The notes beneath the pieces were generated by a model. That model ran no database searches. It saw nothing but the letters and a program-made list of their open reading frames with translations, and was not told the DNA's origin. A stretch of DNA of 61,091 nt, filler included. It is 5 parts of 5 records of this genome, joined end to end, with 100 filler letters (N's around TTAATTAATTAA, not from the genome) between each part and the next. Parts side by side here need not be neighbours in the genome. Positions count along the whole stretch, not along the records: positions 1 to 20,370 come from SRR31147125_12877; positions 20,471 to 27,793 come from SRR31147125_12918; 3 more parts are not named here. One strand, given 5' to 3'. Position numbers and translations under genes: made by a program. Below, piece after piece: positions 10,567 to 20,814 of this stretch. How positions within the stretch are numbered: the stretch's first letter is position 1; the number at the start of each line of letters is the position of its first letter.

Positions 10567-10598
10567 AAAGGGTTTGGCACGATGTGCCAAACCCTTTT
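10567..10598. terminator. Bidirectional intrinsic terminator
   Basis: AAAGGGTTTGGCAC-GAT-GTGCCAAACCCTTTT between convergent genes. Confidence 0.88.
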
Positions 10599-10600
10599 AT

Positions 10601-13600
10601 TTATGCAAAAATTTCATCGACTAAATATGGAAAATCAACATATGGATTACGATTGCCTTGATATGAGTAAATCACATCATTACGATGCATCTCAAAATCG
10701 TCAACTGGATCTTCTTCATGCCATGTGATAAATGTTTGAAGTGAACCAATCCCACCACTAGATATAGTTAGTCCCCATCTTGTATTCATATATAAGACAG
10801 CTCTAGCGATATCCCCACGATCATCATCACCTGGATACCAATAACCACTATATAATCCATATCCTTGGTCATTAGAACTTCTATAATCACCGAATGGATA
10901 ATTACCACGATTACTATTAATGCTTGTATTCGCAGGTCTTAAATTAAACAAATCAGATTTAGAAGCACTTCCTAATTTGGATTGCGGCCAAATATGTTCT
11001 CTATTCCAAGTTGCTGCACTATCCCATGATGAATTAATAGAATCTCTATTATATACTAATATCATTTGACTAGGATTATTTGGATCTTCATCACTATCTT
11101 GTAAAGCCGTTTTCGCAAAATCATATCCTCGATCATTCATTTGAGATATAAGTGCTTGCAACTCATATTTGAGTGCTGATCCAGATAATTGAAAATTAAT
11201 ACTATTGTAATAAGTACCCGTGTAATTTGAACTTGATGATTTAACAGTGATTTGATAACTCAATTGGTCAATGACATCACCTACATGATTTCTTATTTCA
11301 TAAGATAATGTAACGATTGTATCTTCATCAACACTATATACAACACCTTGAGTATCAATTGCTTGTGAGTTTGAAGATTGCCATGTGATGGTCGCATCAA
11401 ATGATAAATCATCATTGTCCATTAATGTTAAATCACTTGTTGTTTGATTGGGTATTTCAAATATGGACATATCATTTAATATCAAGTCATCGATCATGTC
11501 TTGATCAATATGATCATCAATCAATACATCTTCATCTTCAATTAAATAAATGAAATATTCACCTTGATCTTCATAGACAATACCACTTAATTCAACATAA
11601 TAGCCAAGTTCAGCTTGACTAAAAAGCACTTGAATATCTGATGCATCATCCAATATAGATAAATTAAGATTCCCATCCATTGTTTTTAATACATATGTTT
11701 GATCTTGATTGTCATATGTTTGATCAACATATCCAGATACATCAACTTTCATAGAAAGATATTCAGATAATTCATCAACATTGACATCTGGTGTATATAA
11801 ATCGTGTTCACCTAACGCTTTAATCGTAGAAACATCTATTATATCGTTAGCCATGACACCCGTCACTTCAACTTCATCACCAATAAATAGCATAGATGCT
11901 TGTGCTTGTGAAAGTGAAAGCATCATCGCAGCATTTTGATCTTGTATATATGCGATATATGTATCAGATGATTCATAGATGAAACTAAGAACACCTTGTG
12001 TATGAACAAAACTTTGTTCATCTAAAGTTTTAATATTTGAAATCGTATAAGGTTCACCTAACCCAATTGTAATTACAAAAGTCTTATTAACTTCTACGTC
12101 CCCAAGTTGTAAAAGCGCTTGAAGTACGACTTGTGTTTGTCCAGCATCAGGTACTTGTAACAACTGACTATCCAAATCTATATATGATGCGCCTTGCTCA
12201 ACTGACCAATGAATAGTACTTTGATAATCACCTTGTTGAGGTAATGTAAGAATCATGTCTTGATAGGTGGTATCAATTAAGTCTAGTGCTTCATAATCTT
12301 TGAGTAAATCTCTAAAATCATCTGATATGCCTTGTCCACCAAGTGATGTCCAAGTAAGATTATCAAGTGTCATTTGTCTTCTACCATCTTCGGCATCTTG
12401 TGGAGCTATTTTTAGTGTAAACATACCACTAATATTTAAATCATTTAATGTATATACACCTGATCCATTGCTGTTATCAAAATTTCCAACAACATTGTCA
12501 TTAATGATAACATCATATATTTGTCCATTTGAAAATGGTTTATCATAAGATAAAGATAGTGATGCAATACCACCATCGATAGTTGCTTCTAAATATGAAT
12601 TATCTGCTGTTTTACCACCAAATGCAATCGCTTGACCAGCAAGTTGTTGATCACCTCTAGCACCACTATATGACCAATTAACGCCATTTACTCCTGTAAA
12701 TGAACCTGTTACATAGCTACTACCACTCAAATCTAATTGATCAAATGTTTCAATGTAAGTCTCTCCACTTGATTGTTCAATCACAATAATTTGTGATTGA
12801 ATTTCTGTGGTTTGATCACTGCTATCTGTTGCACGATAATAAACATCATATAACCCGGCATGATCAATATCTAGTAACTCATCATTAATCTCTAATATAA
12901 TATCTTGATCAAAATCATCAATCACCGAAACACCTTCAAATAAATCAAGTGTTTCATCACCCACATAAATAACATGTGAATCAATACCTAAAATCATCGG
13001 TGGCATATCATCGCTAACAACAACTTCTTTTTGTACGACAGTCAATGTAATCGTTTTTTGAAGTGTGGCATCACCAAGTGATAAATCAAATGTGACGATC
13101 ACTTCTATATCATCATTGCTTTGATTGACAAAACCCACGAGGCCATCAATTAAGATCACTTCGTCATTATTTGATGAAATTGAAACCATCACGTCATCAG
13201 ATATGTCTTGATTGTAATCAAATGAAATATTTTTGCTGACATGTGCTGCATCATCATCGCTTTGATAGATAACTTCTATTGAATTTTTAACTTGTTCTAG
13301 TATTTCAAGATCACTTAATGGTGTTTCTCCATCGCCATCTTTTAGTACAGTAAGTTCAAAAGATTTATCTTTAGAAAGTGATTCGTAAGTAACAGTTGCA
13401 GTCATTGTTACAACAACATTTTCATCCCCTCTAGTAACAATCCCCTTAGAACCATCTATTTCAATGACATCAGGATGACTCGATGTCCATATGATACTCA
13501 CAGTATCACTATATTCGCCAGCAATAAAACTAATATCTTCTCTTACATGATCCATATCATCTTGATTAGCATATGTAATATCTATATACTCTAATGCTGT

Positions 13601-13690
13601 ATCTAAAATGACATCATCTGAAACATCGTCACAAGCTTGGATCCCTATCCCTATTAATAGGACGACCCATACATACATAAATTTTCTCAT
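10601..13690 (-). CDS. Lipoprotein extracellular nuclease (endonuclease I / His-Me family) with Ig-like and OB-like spacer domains
   Basis: Lipobox IQAC, repeated WxSS Ig-like units, and a C-terminal WNREHIWPQS, NSNRGNYPF, RGDIARAVLYM, WHEEDPVD, QGNRNPYVD domain. Confidence 0.9.
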   Translation of the reverse strand: MRKFMYVWVVLLIGIGIQACDDVSDDVILDTALEYIDITYANQDDMDHVREDISFIAGEYSDTVSIIWTSSHPDVIEIDGSKGIVTRGDENVVVTMTATVTYESLSKDKSFELTVLKDGDGETPLSDLEILEQVKNSIEVIYQSDDDAAHVSKNISFDYNQDISDDVMVSISSNNDEVILIDGLVGFVNQSNDDIEVIVTFDLSLGDATLQKTITLTVVQKEVVVSDDMPPMILGIDSHVIYVGDETLDLFEGVSVIDDFDQDIILEINDELLDIDHAGLYDVYYRATDSSDQTTEIQSQIIVIEQSSGETYIETFDQLDLSGSSYVTGSFTGVNGVNWSYSGARGDQQLAGQAIAFGGKTADNSYLEATIDGGIASLSLSYDKPFSNGQIYDVIINDNVVGNFDNSNGSGVYTLNDLNISGMFTLKIAPQDAEDGRRQMTLDNLTWTSLGGQGISDDFRDLLKDYEALDLIDTTYQDMILTLPQQGDYQSTIHWSVEQGASYIDLDSQLLQVPDAGQTQVVLQALLQLGDVEVNKTFVITIGLGEPYTISNIKTLDEQSFVHTQGVLSFIYESSDTYIAYIQDQNAAMMLSLSQAQASMLFIGDEVEVTGVMANDIIDVSTIKALGEHDLYTPDVNVDELSEYLSMKVDVSGYVDQTYDNQDQTYVLKTMDGNLNLSILDDASDIQVLFSQAELGYYVELSGIVYEDQGEYFIYLIEDEDVLIDDHIDQDMIDDLILNDMSIFEIPNQTTSDLTLMDNDDLSFDATITWQSSNSQAIDTQGVVYSVDEDTIVTLSYEIRNHVGDVIDQLSYQITVKSSSSNYTGTYYNSINFQLSGSALKYELQALISQMNDRGYDFAKTALQDSDEDPNNPSQMILVYNRDSINSSWDSAATWNREHIWPQSKLGSASKSDLFNLRPANTSINSNRGNYPFGDYRSSNDQGYGLYSGYWYPGDDDRGDIARAVLYMNTRWGLTISSGGIGSLQTFITWHEEDPVDDFEMHRNDVIYSYQGNRNPYVDFPYLVDEIFA

Positions 13691-13787
13691 CTTATCCCTC
13701 TTTCAAGTTGTAATATATAATCTTATTGATATGTATGTTAATCATAACATATCATTCACCATACACATGTACAAAATTTGTAAATAA

Positions 13788-14564
13788 TTATCTTAATAAT
13801 AGACTAGCCACAATCACCACAAGTATTGATGTGATGAGATTCACCATGTCATTATTAATATACTTAATTCCACTTAATAAATGATATGTATCATCATGAT
13901 TTCTATTTTCTATGACATCTAAAGTCGATGGATGTTGATACTTTTCTTGTATCCATATACCTAGATAACTATCTAATACAGAACCTGCAAAACCAGCTAT
14001 GTTGATATATAGAGCATGAATGAGCAATGATACATCAAATTGAGTCATGGTACCTATTAACAAAACATAAATAAATGAGATCCATAGTGCACCTAGAAAT
14101 GATGCACTCATACCTAACCAAGTCACACCACCTGATTCATTTTTTGAGATAGGTTTAAATGTTGTAATGGAGACATTCTCTTTTTTTGATAATTTCCCAA
14201 TTTCAGATGCCCATGTATCAGCATTAGATACTGAAATAGCCATCACTGCAATCAGTAAATAAGTATCATTCGTTTCATTTGTCATCATATACAAAAAACT
14301 AAATATCATTGCACCTAAACCATTAACACTTACCTGTATCCAATTTCTTCCTTGTTTTTCTTTATCAGAATCCCCTAATTTTGTCAGTAAAGATGACGAA
14401 ATGAAAAAACTCATTAAGATAATAAACATCACATACGTTCCCCATGCATAAATCAAAGTACCTAAGATCATAGCAGCAAAAAAACCACTTAAACTAAGTG
14501 ATTTTTTATAAAATGCTATCGATGCAATGAGTAAGCTCAGTATAAAGCCAATGAGATATGCCAT
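13788..14564 (-). CDS. DUF92/TMEM19 membrane protein (VTE6-like prenyl-phosphate kinase family)
   Basis: GRNWIQVSVNG, NADTWASEIG, SGGVTWLG, DSYLG and NNDMVN motifs. Confidence 0.88.
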   Translation of the reverse strand: MAYLIGFILSLLIASIAFYKKSLSLSGFFAAMILGTLIYAWGTYVMFIILMSFFISSSLLTKLGDSDKEKQGRNWIQVSVNGLGAMIFSFLYMMTNETNDTYLLIAVMAISVSNADTWASEIGKLSKKENVSITTFKPISKNESGGVTWLGMSASFLGALWISFIYVLLIGTMTQFDVSLLIHALYINIAGFAGSVLDSYLGIWIQEKYQHPSTLDVIENRNHDDTYHLLSGIKYINNDMVNLITSILVVIVASLLLR

Positions 14565-14573
14565 GTGTTACTC

Positions 14574-15224
14574 CTAAATAAGAATCAATACATAAAGTAA
14601 AAAACTTGTCACTAAAGGAATGAGTAAGTTATCAAGTCCTTTAGGACTCACTAGCTCAACGAGTGTTGCAATTGCTGCAAGAATGAAACTAAACATGAGT
14701 ATGTTTTGACTCGACACTAAAAATGATGTCATCACTAATATTATGATCAATGATGTTATAAACATCATTGCAGTACCTAAAATAGTTTTTTCTTTATATA
14801 TTTTCATTTTACCGAAGTTTTTACCAAATATCGCAGCAAGTCCATCACCATACCCTAAAACAAAAATGCCAGTTCCTGCAACGAATGGATTTGATAATGT
14901 ATATGCAAATATGACCATTATTAAAAGAGAAATTGGAAAATATATGGTTCCTAAACTATGATCTTCACGACGTTCCATTGACTTAATATATTGTTTCTTA
15001 TATGATATATAATTCAATATAATAAAAATCATTGGAGCTATGATTGCAGCCCATAATTGATCAAAGGCGAAAAACGTAAATAACCACCAGTTAGAAACAC
15101 CAATATGTATTAATTTCCTTGATGTTTCTTGATTCACCCATTTTTTATGATACATATAACTTGATATGCCAATGATAACAAATACAAACACAATGGATGC
15201 AATACTATATAGTAATTGTTGCAT
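14574..15224 (-). CDS. CTP-dependent phytol/farnesol/dolichol kinase family (VTE5/SEC59-like)
   Basis: SRKLIHIG, GYGDGLAAIFG, KTILG and E..SPKGLDNLLIP motifs. Confidence 0.88.
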   Translation of the reverse strand: MQQLLYSIASIVFVFVIIGISSYMYHKKWVNQETSRKLIHIGVSNWWLFTFFAFDQLWAAIIAPMIFIILNYISYKKQYIKSMERREDHSLGTIYFPISLLIMVIFAYTLSNPFVAGTGIFVLGYGDGLAAIFGKNFGKMKIYKEKTILGTAMMFITSLIIILVMTSFLVSSQNILMFSFILAAIATLVELVSPKGLDNLLIPLVTSFLLYVLILI

Positions 15225-15243
15225 GTGTGATCCCCTTTAATGT

Positions 15244-15896
15244 TTATTTAATACGTCCAAATAATTTATTTGCTACCACCAATGACAAATCAATGATTTG
15301 CCCTTGATGTTTAATCGATATCATCGCATTAAACGCATCAACTTCAACCACTTTAAACTGATCATGAAGTTTGATATGTTTATCATCTAAAAACGTCAAT
15401 AATTGAGGTTGATCTAAAACACGTTCTAAAATAAACGCATCTTCTTTTTTGGCCTCTGAAAGTGGTATATCTTTAATGACTTCAAAATCACCATCTAAAG
15501 TAGGAATGACATTACCATGCACACAATACTTAGGTTCTCCTAAAAACTTATCAAGATATTCGATAAGCATCGGCGATGAAGCATGCTCTAATTTTTCAGC
15601 TTCCTCGTGTACATCCATCCATTCATAATTAAGTTTATTCACTAAAAACACTTCCCATAAGCGATGGTATCTTACAAGTCTTATCGCTTCTTCTAGGCCC
15701 TTTTGTGTTAAGTGTACACCCTTATAAGGTATAAATTTGAGTAGATTCTTTTTTGCGAGTTTCTTTATCATTTCATTCACTGTTTGATCAGTAAATCCAA
15801 GCAACTCAGCAATCTCATTATTTTTAACAAGTTTTCTGTTTTTTCAACTGTTAACTTGTAAATATTTTTTATATAATCTTCTTCAGCTCTATGCAT
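15244..15896 (-). CDS. troR: DtxR/MntR-family metal-dependent repressor (frameshift at about 15840)
   Basis: The true N-terminus MHRAEEDYIKNIY from ATG 15896 is one A short in a poly-A run. HRLWEVFL, EAEKLEH, CVHGN motifs and a FeoA-like tail follow. Confidence 0.9.
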
Positions 15897-15906
15897 GAAA
15901 TGCCTC

Positions 15907-17010
15907 CTAATTAAGTGATAATGATTCCACTTTTAATTGATAATATGTTTCCCCGGTATCCGTTAGATATATTATATCATTTTCTATCACTATATACTCT
16001 TCTTTTAGTCCAAATTGTAGTTGTTTGTCAAGTTTTTCTTGCTTCCAGTTTAATTCTTTTGCGATATGATGTACATCAATTTCATCAATTTGATTTTTAT
16101 GATTATATACATGAAAAATAAATGCAATAAATTCAAAATCTTGTTTTTGTTTTCTTCTTTTATAAATAGATGTAATCATACCTTTACGTGGTTCTATTAA
16201 AACTACAAGTAAAAATACAAGTAATGTTACTGTAGCAATAACTCCAGATATATTAACATCTAGTACAAGAGCAAGTCCATAACCTAAAACACTATTGATA
16301 ACACCAATTAAAGCTGCGTAAACAAGCGTTTTTTTAATATCTTTTGTGATCATAACTGCAGTTGCTGCTGGTCCAATCATCAATGCAACCACCATGATTG
16401 ACCCCACTGCATTAAATGCTGCGACTGCAGTGATTGATACGAGTGTCATCAATGAATAATGGATCATAAATGGTGCGATACCGAGAGTTGCAGCAAGTGC
16501 TGCATCAAATGAAACTAACTTAAGTTCTTTATAAAAGACTTTAACATAGATAATATTTATAATCATCACTACACCCATAATATACATGAGTTTCGGCCCT
16601 AAAGTTATACCGAATAATTCAAGTTTATCAAATGGTGAAAATTCGATTTTACCGAGTAAAACTGCATCAATATCGAGATGAACTTGACTAAATTGTGTCG
16701 ATATTAGAATTACTGCAATACTAAATAATAATGGAAATATGAGTCCTGTTGCAGAATCTTCACTAGCTTTTTTACTTTTTATGACAACTTCTGTTAAAAA
16801 TACTGTCAATATACCCATAAAAGCTGCACCTATGATCAGTAATGGTGAGGATAGATCACCAACAAACATAAATGCTAAAACAATACCGAGCAATACGGTA
16901 TGTGAAATAGAATCTACAAGCATACTCATTTTTCGAAGTACCAAAAAAACACCTAGTATTGATGTTGCAATCGATGTGAAAACTAATATGATAAGTATCG
17001 ATAAATTCAT
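15907..17010 (-). CDS. troD: Mn/Zn/Fe ABC transporter permease
   Basis: DSISHTVLLG, HLDIDAVLLG and AAFNAVG motifs. Confidence 0.9.
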   Translation of the reverse strand: MNLSILIILVFTSIATSILGVFLVLRKMSMLVDSISHTVLLGIVLAFMFVGDLSSPLLIIGAAFMGILTVFLTEVVIKSKKASEDSATGLIFPLLFSIAVILISTQFSQVHLDIDAVLLGKIEFSPFDKLELFGITLGPKLMYIMGVVMIINIIYVKVFYKELKLVSFDAALAATLGIAPFMIHYSLMTLVSITAVAAFNAVGSIMVVALMIGPAATAVMITKDIKKTLVYAALIGVINSVLGYGLALVLDVNISGVIATVTLLVFLLVVLIEPRKGMITSIYKRRKQKQDFEFIAFIFHVYNHKNQIDEIDVHHIAKELNWKQEKLDKQLQFGLKEEYIVIENDIIYLTDTGETYYQLKVESLSLN

Positions 17011-18062
17011 ATAAGCTCACCTGCCATTAACATGGCTGCTTTTTCAAGTCCTTTACGCGTGAGTCTATATTGATTGTTTTCATAGACCACATATGATAAA
17101 TCCAATAAACATGATAAATCATCATCACTAAGCACTTTAATATCATCATTAATATAGAAATGTATGAGTCCATGAAACTGTTTCACTTGTCTTTTATGAA
17201 TATAACCAGATATATACACCCATACAAATCCTTTTCTAGGGGCAAATAGTAATGATAATAAAACAATACTCGATGCAAATATCACAATAACAGGTCCAGT
17301 GGGTACTTCTGTCCCATAAACAGTTCCAAGAAACCCGGATATCGCACCAAACATGGCTGAAATCATGATGACATGTGTGAGTTTTTCGCTCCACAGTCTT
17401 GCTGCTACACTAGGAGCAATCAATAGTGCACTCATTAAAATTACACCGACAGATTGAATACCTGAGACGACAACTAAAATAACGAGAGTATTTAATAATG
17501 TTTTAATCAAAAATGGTGAAAATCCTAATGATGAGTAAAAATCTTGATTAAATATATATAGTTTAAAGTGTCGCCAAAACAATAACATCACAACCATAAC
17601 AATCGATAAAATAATGACAAGAAAAGTCACATCCTGTGCAGACATGGTTGCCGCTTGTCCAAATATAAACTTTGACAATCTCGATTGATCTTGACCTGCA
17701 CTATCTCTAATCATTGATAATAACACTTGTCCAAATCCAAACATCGATGACAAAATAATTGCCAGTACAGCATCACTTTTGACTTTTGTATATGCTTTAA
17801 TCATGTCAATAAAAGCTAGTGATACAATAGATGCAACAATTGCACCTATGATAGAGATGTATAGCGAAGATTCTTGTGTGATGATAAATGCAAGCACCAC
17901 ACCTGGAAGTGTTGCATGTGAAAGTGCATCACCAACAAGCGATTCTTTTTTAAGCGTTAAAAACACACCAACAATACCACTCACTAAACCTAAAACTACT
18001 GTCCCTAAAAGTACTGTACGAAGTGTATAATTGGAAAATAATTCAGACCACATATCAATCAC
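17007..18062 (-). CDS. troC: Mn/Zn/Fe ABC transporter permease
   Basis: GDALSHATLPG, FIFGQAA and PTGPVIV motifs. Confidence 0.9.
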   Translation of the reverse strand: MIDMWSELFSNYTLRTVLLGTVVLGLVSGIVGVFLTLKKESLVGDALSHATLPGVVLAFIITQESSLYISIIGAIVASIVSLAFIDMIKAYTKVKSDAVLAIILSSMFGFGQVLLSMIRDSAGQDQSRLSKFIFGQAATMSAQDVTFLVIILSIVMVVMLLFWRHFKLYIFNQDFYSSLGFSPFLIKTLLNTLVILVVVSGIQSVGVILMSALLIAPSVAARLWSEKLTHVIMISAMFGAISGFLGTVYGTEVPTGPVIVIFASSIVLLSLLFAPRKGFVWVYISGYIHKRQVKQFHGLIHFYINDDIKVLSDDDLSCLLDLSYVVYENNQYRLTRKGLEKAAMLMAGELI

Positions 18063-18786
18063 GTTCCCTTTGTAGTTTAGTTTGATTATATGTTCTATCT
18101 ATGTTTTCTTTTGTGAATATGTCGTCAACCGGTCCACTTTCAATGATTTGCATATTAAGCAATGTGACCCAATCAAAATATGCCTTTACTGTGTCTAAAT
18201 CATGATGAACAACAATCACAGTTTTATGTGCATCTTTTAGTTTTTTCAGTAACACAATTATCGCTTTCTCAGTTTTAGCATCAACACCTTGAAAAGGTTC
18301 GTCCATAAAATAGATATCGGCTTCTTGTGCTAAAGCTCTTGCTAAAAATACACGTTGCTGTTGTCCACCCGATAGTTCAGATATTTGTCTATTTCTATAA
18401 ACATACATACCTACTTCTTTAAGTGCTTTTATCGCGATATCTTTATCTTTCTTTGTAATTCTTTTTAACCACCCCACATGTCCATATCGACCCATTAATA
18501 CAACATCTAAAACATTCGTAGGAAAATCCCAGTCAACCGAACCTCTTTGTGGTACATATGCGATTTGTTTTTGTACTTCTTTATATGGTTTTTGATCAAA
18601 TAATACAGACCCAGATACTGGCTGTAACAAGCCTAACATCGTCTTAATTAATGTTGATTTTCCAGCACCATTTGGCCCTACTATCGCCATTAAAATCCCT
18701 TGTGGGATATTTAAATCAATATCCCACAAAACTGGTTTTAAGTCATATGATACTGTTAAGTCTTCTACCTTGATGTAAGTTTTCAT
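18055..18786 (-). CDS. troB: Mn/Zn/Fe ABC transporter ATPase
   Basis: GPNGAGKS, VDWDFP, LSGGQQQR and MDEPF motifs. Confidence 0.95.
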   Translation of the reverse strand: MKTYIKVEDLTVSYDLKPVLWDIDLNIPQGILMAIVGPNGAGKSTLIKTMLGLLQPVSGSVLFDQKPYKEVQKQIAYVPQRGSVDWDFPTNVLDVVLMGRYGHVGWLKRITKKDKDIAIKALKEVGMYVYRNRQISELSGGQQQRVFLARALAQEADIYFMDEPFQGVDAKTEKAIIVLLKKLKDAHKTVIVVHHDLDTVKAYFDWVTLLNMQIIESGPVDDIFTKENIDRTYNQTKLQRERD

Positions 18787-18799
18787 GTTTTCACTCTTT

Positions 18800-19713
18800 C
18801 TATTTTAAAGCATTAATAATTGTATCCACATTGTATTTTACAGCTTCTATATACGAACTATATGTTCCATCTCCTAATGAATCTGAGTACAATTCTCCGC
18901 CAATTGATAATGTATAACCTTCATTATTTGCTGATTCGATGACAGAGTCAATAGTTTTTTGTGGTACAGAACTTTCTACAAAAATCGCTTTAACACCTAA
19001 GTCAATGACAAGATCAACTAATTGATTAATATCTGAAATCGACGCTTCACTATCTGTTGATATCCCTTGTATGGCTTCAACTTCAAAATCATATCGATTA
19101 CCAAAGTATTGAAATGCATCATGTGCAGTGACAAGAATTCTTTTTCCTCATCGAGTTCATTAACTTTATTGATGATATATGTATTTAAATCTTCTAATTG
19201 ACTCACATAATTATCACCTATTGCTTGGTATGAAGATTCATTTTCAGGATCAATTTCAATGAGTTTATTTGTTAGAGCTTCTGCTACAATAATCCAGTTT
19301 TCTACATTAAACCAAATATGTGGATCAGTATTGCCTGATTCATCAAATAATAACGTCCCCTCAGCACTAGAAACTTCTGCACCTGCATCCAAATGCGGTT
19401 TTTCTTCAGATAAAGATTCTAGTATGTCAACCATTTTACCTTCTAGATGAAGTCCACCATAGACAATCATATCTGATTGCTCTAATGCTTTTGTGTCACT
19501 TGCTTTCGCTGCGTATAAGTGTGGATCTACACCAACACCCATGAGTGTTGTCACACTCACGTGTTCTCCACCTAATTCTTTCGATAAATCTCCCAACATT
19601 GTAGTGGTTGCAACAATGTTTACTTTTCCTTCAACATATGTGTATCCTCCACTGCAACCTGTTAGGGTAAAACCTATCGCTAATAAAGCGAGTGCTATTA
19701 TTGTTTTTTTCAT
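18800..19713 (-). CDS. troA: Metal-binding lipoprotein TroA/MntA (frameshift at about 19141)
   Basis: Lipobox LTGC, GVDPHLY, DPHIWF. After a lost A it continues RILVTAHDAFQYFG...ELYSDSLG to TAG at 18800. Confidence 0.9.
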
Positions 19714-19730
19714 GTTTTGTTCTCTCCTTT

Positions 19731-19785
19731 TTATGGTTTACCTTAATTTTAATATAATTATAGACTTATTTTATGAAATTGTCAA
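19731..19785 (-). promoter_or_regulatory. Consensus sigma-A promoter of the tro operon plus a DtxR/MntR-like operator
   Basis: TTGACA(19785-19780)-N17-TATAAT(19762-19757). Imperfect palindrome TTAAGGTAAACCATAA (19746-19731) just before the RBS. Confidence 0.8.
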
Positions 19786-19786
19786 G

Positions 19787-19816
19787 AAAAAAGGCAAATC
19801 CATTATGGATTTACCT
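19787..19816 (-). terminator. Intrinsic terminator after rlmD
   Basis: AGGTAAATCCA-TAA-TGGATTTGCCT followed by TTTTT on the minus strand. Confidence 0.75.
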
Positions 19817-19820
19817 CATG

Positions 19821-20370
19821 CTATGATTTTAATGTTAATAAACTGATACTTTCTACAAGTGATGTTTGTGGAAACATATCAAGTGGCTTCGTCACTTCAA
19901 GTTTATATATTTTTAATAACAAGTTTAAATCTTTGGCAAGTGTTGATGGATTACATGATCCATACACAATACGTTTAGGTTTAACCTTTAAAATTAAATC
20001 AATGGTTTCTTTTCCAAGTCCAGTGCGTGGTGGATCAAAAAACATGACATCAATTTTCTTTTTTTGTAATCCTGATAAAGCGCGTTTAAATGTTGATTGT
20101 AAGACGACAACATTCTCGATATCATTCTTTTTAAGACTGATTCTTGCACTCTCACATGATTTTGCATCCACTTCTATCGCATAGACTTTTCTACATTTAG
20201 ATGCGATATAATGACTAATCGGTGCACTACCTGCATATGCATCAATAGCAATATGATATCTTTTAAGCTGTGCAAGTTCCACCATTTCAGTATAGAATTT
20301 ATGTGCTTGCATTGGATTTAATTGGAAAAATGCTTCGGGTGTTAATTCAAATGAATGACCACCAAGTTTT
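19821..20370 (-). CDS. rlmD: 23S rRNA m5U1939 methyltransferase, C-terminal part (contig edge)
   Basis: AFFQLNP, DAYAG, DPPRTG, YGSCNPSTLAKD and DMFPQT motifs. Confidence 0.9.
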
Positions 20371-20470
20371 NNNNNNNNNNNNNNNNNNNNNNNNNNNNNN
20401 NNNNNNNNNNNNNNTTAATTAATTAANNNNNNNNNNNNNNNNNNNNNNNNNNNNNNNNNNNNNNNNNNNN
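20371..20470. other. Artificial contig spacer
   Basis: N44-TTAATTAATTAA-N44 (stops in all six frames). Confidence 0.99.
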
Positions 20471-20803
20471 TTTTTGAAAAAATATATTTGTATTTATGAG
20501 TGGTAGGTTATATGATTCCAGTAAGTATTTTTGGGTTAATTTATCGTCAAAGAATAAGCATGTATTAAAATCAGGAAATACTTTAATTCCCATTTTTTCT
20601 GCAACATACATTAAATGAATGGCTATTTTTATATCTACATTTTCAAAATAAACCCAGTTCCATAAAAATACATCACACTCTTTTAGCTCGTCAATAATAT
20701 TGTTTGAGCTGGCATCTACTATTTTATATGCTAAATTATTTTCAATACAGTATTTAATCCAATATTCTGAAAAGGATTTCTCTCTATGGTGAATCGCTAT
20801 CAT
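20471..20803 (-). CDS. RimK-like ATP-grasp protein, N-terminal part (cut at contig edge)
   Basis: MIAIH...FS..WI.YC and GIKVFPDFNTC..FDDK..QKYLLE...LP, the pre-ATP-grasp region typical of Bacteroidota glycan loci. Confidence 0.7.
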
Positions 20804-20814
20804 TATTAATATTT

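Noticed and set aside
1-20370. UGA=Trp genetic code in the Mollicutes-like contig
   Set aside because: TGA ends genes at ATGA overlaps (ptsH/ptsI, GNAT/DUF819) and Trp is encoded by TGG, so the code is 11.
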